From contig JBBISL010000003.1 of the NCBI GenBank assembly GCA_037441285.1, positions 64,001 to 128,000 of the forward strand: a stretch of DNA of 64,000 nucleotides. Reading direction: 5' to 3'. The position numbers and the translations under genes are program-made. Below are positions 8,294 to 16,566 of the stretch, in pieces. Numbering within the stretch: position 1 is the first letter of the stretch; each line of letters starts with the position of its first letter. Under the pieces are notes generated by a model. That model worked only from the letters and a program-made list of their open reading frames with translations, was not told where the DNA came from and did no database searches. Source of the stretch: a candidate division WOR-3 bacterium (lineage in GTDB: Bacteria; Hydrothermota; Tepidihabitantia; Tepidihabitantales; Tepidihabitantaceae).

Positions 8294-10535
8294 GCGGAAT
8301 TCTCATAGTGATGCCGCCCGTGGCGCGGGTGTTAATATAGCTAATGCCGCTTGTGGTAAGAAGTGATTCCAGTCTTGCCGGGGTTGGATAACGCCCCATT
8401 ACAACAACATATTCGGGCTGGAGGAGTTCAAACAGTTGCTTTTTATTTCCTTTACGACTGCCATGATGGGGCGATTTCAACAGGTTGACCGTGCCGCTTA
8501 GATTGACCGGATGAAGGACTTCCGGGAATTCACAGTCGCCGGTGAAGAGCATCTTGAAACCGTTTTGTTCAATCCTGGTTACGATTGAAATCGGATTGGC
8601 AGGTATGAGTTTTCTTGAGTAGAACCATTGAGTAACTGCATCGGGCCAGAGGATGTCAACTTTGTAACCAAAGCCGACAAGGGTTGCGCCTTTCCCGACA
8701 GCAACGATTTTTGTGCCCGACTGTTGCAACCGGCGCAGCAGGGTTTGATAGAGTTGGTCACCTTCTAATGTGGGTACAAGCAGGAGGTTTATCTTTTGGG
8801 TTGGTTCAAGGTCAAGAAGACCACCGTAATGGTCCCGGTCAGGATGGGTAATCAGGACGGCATCAAGACGTTTAATACCACGGGAGAGAAGAAAGTCGCG
8901 CAGTACATCGGTGTTGTCAATGCCGGCATCGATGAGCAGTTTTCTTCCCCGATGGTCTTCAAGGAGCGTGGCGTCACCGCGACCGGGGTCAAGGAAGGTT
9001 ACCTGTGGTTTGGGGTTGTTAAGGGCACTTTTCCATATAAGGAGAGTTAATCCCGCAATCAGGCTGAGGCGGAGCGCGGTTTTTGCCCAATTTTTTCGGT
9101 AGTTAAGGCTGAGCAGAATGAGCCCGTAAAGGTAAAACACACCGAACCAGGACAGTTTGCCGGGTTCAACCATTGCCCATTTCAAGTTCCTGAATAGATT
9201 GGTAATTGAGAGCATTAACTGGAGCAGAAAACGGAGGGTTTCGGCGAGAAGGGCGGCAATTGCTGGAGTGATAAGGTTGACAAAGGCGAGCAAAAAGCCG
9301 AGCGGGAGAGTGACAGTTGTCAGAGGGACAAGCAGGATGTTAGCAAGAAATGTTAAAGGCTGGAATCGAAAGAAATGGTGGAGTAAAAGCGGCGCGGTGG
9401 CAAGCGTTGCGACGACTGAAATAAGAGTTGGGCGGATAAACCAGTTTTTCAGGAGGTGCGGGACGGTGACTTTTTTGAGCAGACTTTCCAGTTGGGGAGG
9501 GATAGTGATAAGACCGGCAGTGGCAGCAAAGGAAAGTTGAGCCCCGGGGTTAAAAAGGGTAAACGGGTCTAAGAGGAGAAGAATGATGCCAGAAACCGCA
9601 AGGCTGGAAATAGGGCTAACGCGGCGCTGAGTCGGGCTACTCAAAAGGGCCGCCCAGGTCATAAAGCCGGCACGGACTGCAGATGCCCGCCAGCCCACGA
9701 CAAGGATGTAGAAAAAAGTTCCAACAGTCAGGAGCCCGAACCGCCACCAGCCCCGAATCCACAGTACATTGAGCAATAGCCACAGACTGAAAACGACGAT
9801 ACTGACATGGAGCCCGGAAACCGCCAGAAGGTGTATCGTTCCGGTGTCTGACATCGCCTTACGGACCGTTTCCGGCAAACCGGACTTTTCTCCTAAAAGG
9901 ATAGCCTGCAGGAGTGCACCTTCGGTGCCACCAATACGACGATTAAACAGATTGAACAGATATCTTCTTGCCGGCATAATCAGTTGCGTGATTAGTGGGC
10001 TGCCATGGTTGCGGCTGATGATTTTCATTGCGCCGAATTTTACCGTGGCGCTGCCCACATACCCTTGTCTAAAAAGAATTTTGTTGTAGTCAGCGAGACC
10101 CGGATTACGGGGAAATGAGAACGGTTTGATCTTTGTCCTGAGCAGAAGCAGGTCGCCATAGTGTACCCTACTTAATGAGTCTTTAAAGAAGAGCGATACT
10201 TTTCCGGAATAAGGGGGAAGGAGGACACCAGTTGACCGACCGGTAATTAATGGTTCCTCAGTGATAAGGACTTTAAATGTGGATGCGCTGTAGGTGCGGG
10301 AAATCGGAGTTTGAGGCGAGCGGCTTTGGGCAAATACAAATGCAGCAGCGGTTAGCGTGAGATATAGTGAGAATTTTTTAGTCCATCGTGTTAGTATGAT
10401 GCCGAGGAGTGCCGGGGCTAATGCTGACCACCAGGTGAGAAGCGATACCTGACTCAATGCGATACCGGTTGTAATGGCAACCAGTGCCCGGACTGCGGCA
10501 TAACGGATGCCGGTATCCGGAATAGTAAACTTCAT
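8253..10535 (-). CDS. comEC: DNA uptake channel ComEC/Rec2
   Basis: PRNPG..DY, HLLAVSGLHV, SAVRA, QLSFAA; MBL domain THPDRDHYGG and PHHGS. Confidence 0.93.
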   Translation of the reverse strand: MKFTIPDTGIRYAAVRALVAITTGIALSQVSLLTWWSALAPALLGIILTRWTKKFSLYLTLTAAAFVFAQSRSPQTPISRTYSASTFKVLITEEPLITGRSTGVLLPPYSGKVSLFFKDSLSRVHYGDLLLLRTKIKPFSFPRNPGLADYNKILFRQGYVGSATVKFGAMKIISRNHGSPLITQLIMPARRYLFNLFNRRIGGTEGALLQAILLGEKSGLPETVRKAMSDTGTIHLLAVSGLHVSIVVFSLWLLLNVLWIRGWWRFGLLTVGTFFYILVVGWRASAVRAGFMTWAALLSSPTQRRVSPISSLAVSGIILLLLDPFTLFNPGAQLSFAATAGLITIPPQLESLLKKVTVPHLLKNWFIRPTLISVVATLATAPLLLHHFFRFQPLTFLANILLVPLTTVTLPLGFLLAFVNLITPAIAALLAETLRFLLQLMLSITNLFRNLKWAMVEPGKLSWFGVFYLYGLILLSLNYRKNWAKTALRLSLIAGLTLLIWKSALNNPKPQVTFLDPGRGDATLLEDHRGRKLLIDAGIDNTDVLRDFLLSRGIKRLDAVLITHPDRDHYGGLLDLEPTQKINLLLVPTLEGDQLYQTLLRRLQQSGTKIVAVGKGATLVGFGYKVDILWPDAVTQWFYSRKLIPANPISIVTRIEQNGFKMLFTGDCEFPEVLHPVNLSGTVNLLKSPHHGSRKGNKKQLFELLQPEYVVVMGRYPTPARLESLLTTSGISYINTRATGGITMRIPPTISPTSAPTSNR

Positions 10536-10540
10536 GGCAA

Positions 10541-10569
10541 AGCGTAAAAGATAGCAAACAAGGTGTCAA
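10541..10569 (-). promoter_or_regulatory. Sigma-70 promoter of comEC (leaderless geometry)
   Basis: TTGACA-17-TACGCT, 5 nt before ATG, no SD. Confidence 0.65.
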
Positions 10570-10626
10570 ATTGGAATTTTTACCGCGGGGAGGAAAGCCG
10601 GAATAGTCAGAGTGTTAGAGTAAACT

Positions 10627-10655
10627 TTGACATTAAAGTTATCAATTAGTAAAAT
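10627..10655 (+). promoter_or_regulatory. Sigma-70 promoter of the por operon
   Basis: TTGACA-17-TAAAAT. Confidence 0.75.
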
Positions 10656-10723
10656 ATCTATCTACATTATAATTATGTGAAAAGGCAATGGTTTTTCTCT
10701 GGCAATAGAAAAATGGAGGAACA

Positions 10724-11308
10724 ATGAGTCAAGTTCTTGAGATTCGCTGGCATGGTCGAGGCGGCCAAGGAGCCAAGACCGCGGCGTTACTCTTTGGCGA
10801 AGCGGCACTTGATACCGGTAAGTTCATTCAGGCATTTCCGGAGTATGGTCCGGAACGGATGGGCGCGCCGGTAACCGCTTTTAACCGGCTGGCCGACGAG
10901 CCAATTTATTCTCATTCCGGGATAAAAACACCGGATATTGTCGTGGTGCTGGATTCATCGTTAATCGAACCGGCACGGGTTGTTGAAGGGTTGAAAGAAA
11001 ACGGAATCCTCTTGGTTAATACCACGGAGAGCCCGGAGGAGTTGCGAAAACGGTTGAATCTGCCCGCGACAGTTAAGGTTTATACTGTGGATGCGTCCCA
11101 AATTGCGCTGGAGACGATTGGTCGGGATGTGCCCAATACGCCAATGCTCGGGGCGCTGGTGCGGGTTACCGGTGTGCTGCGACTGGAACCGATGCTTGAA
11201 GCGATAAAAGAGAAACTGGCGCTAAAGTTTCGGGGAAGAGCAAAACTGGTCGAGGACAATTTGAAAAGTATCCGGCGCGCTTTTGATGAAGTTAAGGGCG
11301 TTGATTAA
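10724..11308 (+). CDS. porC: Pyruvate/2-oxoacid:ferredoxin oxidoreductase gamma subunit
   Basis: EIRWHGRGGQG, FPEYGPERMGAP, PNTPMLGA. Confidence 0.93.
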   Translation: MSQVLEIRWHGRGGQGAKTAALLFGEAALDTGKFIQAFPEYGPERMGAPVTAFNRLADEPIYSHSGIKTPDIVVVLDSSLIEPARVVEGLKENGILLVNTTESPEELRKRLNLPATVKVYTVDASQIALETIGRDVPNTPMLGALVRVTGVLRLEPMLEAIKEKLALKFRGRAKLVEDNLKSIRRAFDEVKGVD

Positions 11309-11318
11309 AGGAGGAGAG

Positions 11319-11603
11319 GTGGCAAAACTTAAGGGATGGCGTGAATTGCCCTGTGGTGCAATAATCACCGATATGGCAGCGGTGAAGGAGAACAAAACTG
11401 GTGCCTGGCGCAGTGTGCGCCCGGTATGGGATAAGGAGAAGTGTAGACAGTGTCTGATGTGCTGGATATACTGCCCGGACAGTTCAATTCTCATTAAAGA
11501 CGCTAAGGTAGTCGGGGTTGATTACGAGTTTTGCAAGGGATGCGGAAACTGTGCCAGTATTTGTCCGGCAAAGGCGATTACAATGGAAAAGGAGCGAAAA
11601 TGA
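11319..11603 (+). CDS. porD: Pyruvate/2-oxoacid:ferredoxin oxidoreductase delta subunit, 2x[4Fe-4S]
   Basis: KTGAWRSVRP, CRQCLMCWIYCP, CKGCGNCASICP; GTG start after AGGAG. Confidence 0.92.
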   Translation: MAKLKGWRELPCGAIITDMAAVKENKTGAWRSVRPVWDKEKCRQCLMCWIYCPDSSILIKDAKVVGVDYEFCKGCGNCASICPAKAITMEKERK

Positions 11604-12754
11604 TTCTGGCGAAGACCGGTAACGAGGCATTAGCCTATGCAATGAAGCAGATTAACCCTGATGTGGTGGCGGCTTATCCGATTACCCCATCAACCGAAAT
11701 TGTCCAGTTATTTTCGAATTATGTCAGTGATGGTGAGGTTGATACTGAGTTTGTTGCGGTCGAGAGCGAACATTCGGCAATGACCGCCTGTATTGGCGCG
11801 GCGGCTTGTGGTTGCCGGGTGATGACCGCAACCGCTTCCCAGGGTTTGGCTTTGATGCACGAGATGCTTTTCATCGCCGCGGGTTTGCGGTTGCCGATTG
11901 TGATGGCGGTTGCTTCTCGTTCGCTGTCTTCTCCTCTAAACATTCATGGTGACCACTCGGACTCTCTGGCGTCGCGGGATTCGGGCTGGATGCAGTTTTT
12001 CTGTGAAACGGTGCAAGAGGGTTATGACACGCTAATTCAGGCGGTGAAGATTGCGGAAAAGGCGAATCTGCCGGCGCTCGTAGCGATTGATGGATTCATT
12101 CTTTCCCACTGTCAGGAGCGGATAGAGACCTTAGACGACCAGGCGGTGCGGGATTTTCTCGGTGTGCGACAGCCTCAGTACAATCTGCTTGACTGGCGTA
12201 AGCCGATTCTGGTTGGTCCGGCAACATTGCAGGATTACTACTTTGAGTTCAAGCGGGGCGAAATTGAGGGGATGAATCAGACGCTGCCAATAATTCAGGC
12301 GGTGCAGGAGGAGTTTGGCAAACGGTTTGGTCGAAATTATCCGGTGCTCGAGGAGTATAAGTGCGATGACGCCGAGGCGGTTTTACTTTTGATGGGTTCA
12401 GCCTGCGGCACCTGCCGGGTTGCGGTGGACCGCTTGCGGGCTCAGGGAAAGAAGGTGGGGATGGTAAAACTGCGGGTGTATCGGCCGCTCGTCTGGCAGC
12501 TTTTGAAGCAGAGTCTGAGCAGATTCAAGAAGATTGGCGTACTTGACCGGGCGGATGCGGTGAACTCCTATGGTGGACCGCTATTTACCGAAGTAACTTC
12601 GGTTCTCTACAACGCACCCGAGAAACCCGAGGTTTTTTCCTATGTTTATGGATTGGGCGGTAAGGAGTTTACTCCGGAAGATGCTGTTAAGGTTTATGAG
12701 GAGGTCCTTTCCGGCAAAAAAGATGAATTAGTAACCTATGTGGGAGTGAGGTGA
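11600..12754 (+). CDS. porA: Pyruvate/2-oxoacid:ferredoxin oxidoreductase alpha subunit
   Basis: AAYPITPST, VESEHSA, TATASQGL, YGLGG. Confidence 0.94.
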   Translation: MILAKTGNEALAYAMKQINPDVVAAYPITPSTEIVQLFSNYVSDGEVDTEFVAVESEHSAMTACIGAAACGCRVMTATASQGLALMHEMLFIAAGLRLPIVMAVASRSLSSPLNIHGDHSDSLASRDSGWMQFFCETVQEGYDTLIQAVKIAEKANLPALVAIDGFILSHCQERIETLDDQAVRDFLGVRQPQYNLLDWRKPILVGPATLQDYYFEFKRGEIEGMNQTLPIIQAVQEEFGKRFGRNYPVLEEYKCDDAEAVLLLMGSACGTCRVAVDRLRAQGKKVGMVKLRVYRPLVWQLLKQSLSRFKKIGVLDRADAVNSYGGPLFTEVTSVLYNAPEKPEVFSYVYGLGGKEFTPEDAVKVYEEVLSGKKDELVTYVGVR

Positions 12755-12757
12755 AAA

Positions 12758-13705
12758 ATGTTGAAACTTACTGACTTGGCAAAAAATCAGGAACTGTTTT
12801 CCCATGGTCATCGTGCCTGTGCTGGTTGTGGTGAGGCGTTGGCGGTGCGACAGATTTTACTCGCAGCCCAGACTGCGGGTATGCCGGTGGTGACAGCGAT
12901 GGCTACCGGCTGTCTGGAGATTTTTTCCTCAATTTATCCGCACAGTGCCTGGCAGGTACCGATGATTCACACCGCCTTCGAAACAGCAGCATCAACCGCA
13001 GCCGGAGTTGAGGCGGCATATCGGTTCTTGCGCAAAACAGGCCGGATAAAGGAGGAGATGGCAATTATCGCCTTTGCGGGCGACGGCGGTACTTATGACA
13101 TCGGCTTACAAGCACTTTCGGGCGCGCTGGAAAGAAGGCACCGCTTTCTATATGTGTGTACCAATAACGAGGCATATATGAACACCGGCATCCAGCGTTC
13201 TTCGGCAACCCCTTATGGTGCTGATACAACAACATCCCCCGCCGGTAAAGTCCTTCCAGGCAAGGTTCAGCATCGAAAAAACATTATGGAGATTGTCATC
13301 GGTCATGAGGTGCCTTATGCGGCACAGACCACGGTCTTCTTCTGGCGCGACCTGGCACAAAAGGTTCAGAAGGCGCTTTTGACTCCGGGTCCAACATTCT
13401 TAAATGTTCTGGTGCCCTGTCCGTTAGGTTGGCGCCATCAACCGGCCGAGACGGTAAAGCTATCAAAACTCGCTGCCGATACCTGCTACTGGCCAATATA
13501 CGAGTTTGAAAATGGTTCTTACAAAATCAACTACGAACCGGCGAAGAAATTGCCAGTTGAAGAGTTTTTGAAGCCCCAGGGCAGGTTTCGGCATCTATTT
13601 GAAAATCCCGAGGGCGCCAAGGTGATTGCTGAAATTCAGCGCTACATTGATGAGCAGTGGATAACGCTTCATAAAAAACAGGAGTGTTTTAAACCTCAGT
13701 CTTAA
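12758..13705 (+). CDS. porB: Pyruvate/2-oxoacid:ferredoxin oxidoreductase beta subunit (TPP-binding)
   Basis: GHRACAGCG, GDGGTYDIG..NNEAYMNTG, PCPLGW. Confidence 0.94.
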   Translation: MLKLTDLAKNQELFSHGHRACAGCGEALAVRQILLAAQTAGMPVVTAMATGCLEIFSSIYPHSAWQVPMIHTAFETAASTAAGVEAAYRFLRKTGRIKEEMAIIAFAGDGGTYDIGLQALSGALERRHRFLYVCTNNEAYMNTGIQRSSATPYGADTTTSPAGKVLPGKVQHRKNIMEIVIGHEVPYAAQTTVFFWRDLAQKVQKALLTPGPTFLNVLVPCPLGWRHQPAETVKLSKLAADTCYWPIYEFENGSYKINYEPAKKLPVEEFLKPQGRFRHLFENPEGAKVIAEIQRYIDEQWITLHKKQECFKPQS

Positions 13706-13762
13706 TAAAAGCTTTTTCCCTGCTGGCAGTTGACAGGCGAAAAGTAGTGGTTATCCTTGCCT

Positions 13763-14890
13763 ATGGTCTGTATTTACGAGGGCGATTCCTGGCGTAATTT
13801 TGGCCCGATAGTTGACCTGAGGGCAATTTTTGAGCTGAGGTGTGGTTGTTTTCCTCTACTGGAAAAGATACAAATGGTTTACCCGAAGGAGAAGTTTGTT
13901 CTGTGGGTGCGCGATGAAATTGCCGAACTGGTTGCGGAGAAGTACCCTGCTTTTCAAGTGAATGCCGCGGTGAATCAGCCGGCACTTTTTCTGTACGCTG
14001 GAGCAATTCTTTATGAGCCGATTCCGCTTCAGGGTCGCGATGAGAAGTTTACATCAATGGGAAGAACTATCGGGTTTCGATTGAATCGGCATCCAGGTCG
14101 TAAAGCATTGCCCGATTTAGCGGGGCTTACGGCAAAAGAGGTTGCGGCTGAGGCGGTTTTTTATCCCTGGGATATTATTCGGCTCAACTATCAAGAACTT
14201 AAACGAGAACTGCCTTTACTGGTAAAAAGGCGTTTGGTGTTTGTTAAAAGGGGCGGTAAGGTCTATCCCGGAGCACAGATTGTTACGGAAAAGGGCCTGG
14301 TGTTTGTCGATAAAGGGTCGATAGTGCGTCCCGGTAGTGTTGTTGAAGGACCCTGCTATATCGGACCGGGTACAGTAATTGATGGCGCGTTGGTCCGACC
14401 GGGCTGCAGTTTTGGACCACAGTGTCGTATTGGCGGCGAAGTGGAAGAGTGTGTGTTTCAAGGCTATGCCAATAAACACCATGAAGGTTTTTTGGGGCAC
14501 AGTTTTGTAGGTGAATGGGTTAATTTAGGGGCGCTAACAACAAATTCGGACTTGAAGAACAATTATCGTCCGGTGCGAATTAAAATTGGCGCAAGGCGGT
14601 TTGATACCGGTATGGTGAAATTGGGCTGCTTTATTGGTGACCATGCAAAGACCGCTATCGGCACTTTTTTACCAACGGGCGCAGTGCTCGGTACATTTGC
14701 CAACTGGTTCGAGTCCGGTATGACACCCAAACTGGTGCCCGCATTTGCCTGGGGAAAGAAGGGGCGCTGGCGTCGAACTGAAATGGTTGAGTGTGCTCGG
14801 CGAGTGATGGAACGGCGGGGTGTCCAGATGAGTCCGATTTATGAAAAACTGCTTTTGAAGGTTTGCGAGCGTAGACAACCGAAGCGGTAA
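13763..14890 (+). CDS. GlmU-related putative sugar nucleotidyltransferase / hexapeptide acyltransferase
   Basis: RAIFELRCG N-terminus; left-handed beta-helix repeats; NKHHEGFLGHSFVGEWVNLGA.TTNSDLKNNY. Confidence 0.82.
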   Translation: MVCIYEGDSWRNFGPIVDLRAIFELRCGCFPLLEKIQMVYPKEKFVLWVRDEIAELVAEKYPAFQVNAAVNQPALFLYAGAILYEPIPLQGRDEKFTSMGRTIGFRLNRHPGRKALPDLAGLTAKEVAAEAVFYPWDIIRLNYQELKRELPLLVKRRLVFVKRGGKVYPGAQIVTEKGLVFVDKGSIVRPGSVVEGPCYIGPGTVIDGALVRPGCSFGPQCRIGGEVEECVFQGYANKHHEGFLGHSFVGEWVNLGALTTNSDLKNNYRPVRIKIGARRFDTGMVKLGCFIGDHAKTAIGTFLPTGAVLGTFANWFESGMTPKLVPAFAWGKKGRWRRTEMVECARRVMERRGVQMSPIYEKLLLKVCERRQPKR

Positions 14891-14899
14891 ATTCCGCTT

Positions 14900-15907
14900 A
14901 TGGAATTTGCAATTGGGGTAGATATTGGCGGGACGAACATCAAAGTCGGGCTGGCGGACGAGAATGGCAAAATTTTACGGCGGTGTCGGCTCAACACCAA
15001 TCCCGAAGAACCCGCTCAGACAGTTTTAGTCCGGTTAGCTCAGCGTGTTGTTAAATTAAGTCAAAACTATTCGGTACAAACGCTCGGGGTTGGTGTCGCC
15101 GGACTGGTTGACTCTCAGTCCGGAATGGTGAATTTTTCGCCCAATCTGCCGCTGTGGACACAAACGCCAGTTAAGGACATCCTTGAAAAGTTGACGAAAG
15201 TCAATGTATTCTGTGCCAATGATGCTGATGCGGTAGCGATTGGGGAGTGGCTGTATGGTGCAGGGCAAGGCTGTCGCAATGTTCTGGTTTTGACTCTTGG
15301 TACCGGGGTGGGTAGCGGGATTATTGCTAACAATCAGCCGGTTTTGGGTGCAAATTTTTTTGCCGGTGAACTGGGCCATACAGTAATTTCTCGGCACGGG
15401 CCAGCCTGTTTTTGTGGTAATAATGGTTGCGTGGAGAGTTATGTCAGTGCTCGGGCGCTGGTGCGAAATTGCCGGCGGCTTTTGCGTCGTCAGGGGGCGC
15501 ATTTTTCTAACTCGCGCAATCAGATGGTGTTATTTCCTCAAGATGCAAAAGACCGGAGCAGAATCTGGGAGCTGGTCGGGTACGATTTAAAAAAGTTGAC
15601 GCCCCGGGAAATTGGAAAAGCGGCAAAGATGGGCGACAGGATTGCCCGACAGGTGATTAGTGAAATGGGATATTTCCTGGGGCTTGGCATATACAACGCC
15701 ATAATGCTTCTTGACCCGGAGATAGTTGTGATTGGTGGTGGCATGAGCCGGCTGGGAGCACCTTTGCTTCAGGCGGTTAAAACTACTATTTTTAGTCGAC
15801 CTTACCTCAGACAGCGAAATGTTAAGATAGTTCTGTCTCGATTGCGGGAAGACGCCGGGATTTTAGGGGCGAGTCAACTTAACAGGTTTGTCCCGAAGGG
15901 CAATTAG
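14900..15907 (+). CDS. ROK family sugar kinase (glucokinase-like)
   Basis: GVDIGGT, NDADA, LTLGTGVGSG, GELGH..C.CGNNGCVE. Confidence 0.92.
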   Translation: MEFAIGVDIGGTNIKVGLADENGKILRRCRLNTNPEEPAQTVLVRLAQRVVKLSQNYSVQTLGVGVAGLVDSQSGMVNFSPNLPLWTQTPVKDILEKLTKVNVFCANDADAVAIGEWLYGAGQGCRNVLVLTLGTGVGSGIIANNQPVLGANFFAGELGHTVISRHGPACFCGNNGCVESYVSARALVRNCRRLLRRQGAHFSNSRNQMVLFPQDAKDRSRIWELVGYDLKKLTPREIGKAAKMGDRIARQVISEMGYFLGLGIYNAIMLLDPEIVVIGGGMSRLGAPLLQAVKTTIFSRPYLRQRNVKIVLSRLREDAGILGASQLNRFVPKGN

Positions 15908-16566
15908 ATTTTCTGCCAGAGAAATTCCCAGAGCGTAACTGGTGCTACCCTTTTCTCCATTATAAAACTGCCTTCAATGATAAAGGGGCGGAATTCCTGA
16001 GCGTAGTAAAGCCGGCGCTGGGATGTGTCGTTGCGATACCAGCGTAACCCCTGGGCAAGAATTCTTTTGAGGGTGGCATCGTGATTGCCTTCCATAGTTC
16101 GGAATCCCATTTTAATCAGCGTTACGAGCATCGCGACATGGCGGGGATAGGCAACAACCGAGTATCCCCGGTTTTTCTTGCAAAGGGCAAGGACCAGTTC
16201 GACCATAAATGGGGCATAGTTAAGGCCACGGTATTTTGGTCTCATATAAGCTCGGGTGAGTTCCCAGCGGTCAAGGTCTCGGCCTTCCGCATCAAGCCAG
16301 CGTGGGTCGATACGGTCGTAGCCCATCCACTCATTACCCGATTTTTGGGAGCCGATGTAGATTTCAAGGAGGTTCTCCTGCGAGACCGGGTCGTGATACC
16401 GTCGGGTACAGAACCAGTGGTCGTCAACCACTATTTCCGGCTGGGGGGTATGAGTTTTGGCTTCGGATAACGATTGAATGAAACCTGTTACCTCGGAATC
16501 GGTCTGACAGGGGATGGTGGCAACAATCGCCTTTATCCACTTGCGGTAAGCTTTAGGGTCGCTCAT
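15904..16566 (-). CDS. Hypothetical protein with GNAT-like acyltransferase motif
   Basis: WELTRAYMRPKYRGLN resembles GNAT motif A; start overlaps the ftsK 3' end. Confidence 0.65.
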   Translation of the reverse strand: MSDPKAYRKWIKAIVATIPCQTDSEVTGFIQSLSEAKTHTPQPEIVVDDHWFCTRRYHDPVSQENLLEIYIGSQKSGNEWMGYDRIDPRWLDAEGRDLDRWELTRAYMRPKYRGLNYAPFMVELVLALCKKNRGYSVVAYPRHVAMLVTLIKMGFRTMEGNHDATLKRILAQGLRWYRNDTSQRRLYYAQEFRPFIIEGSFIMEKRVAPVTLWEFLWQKI

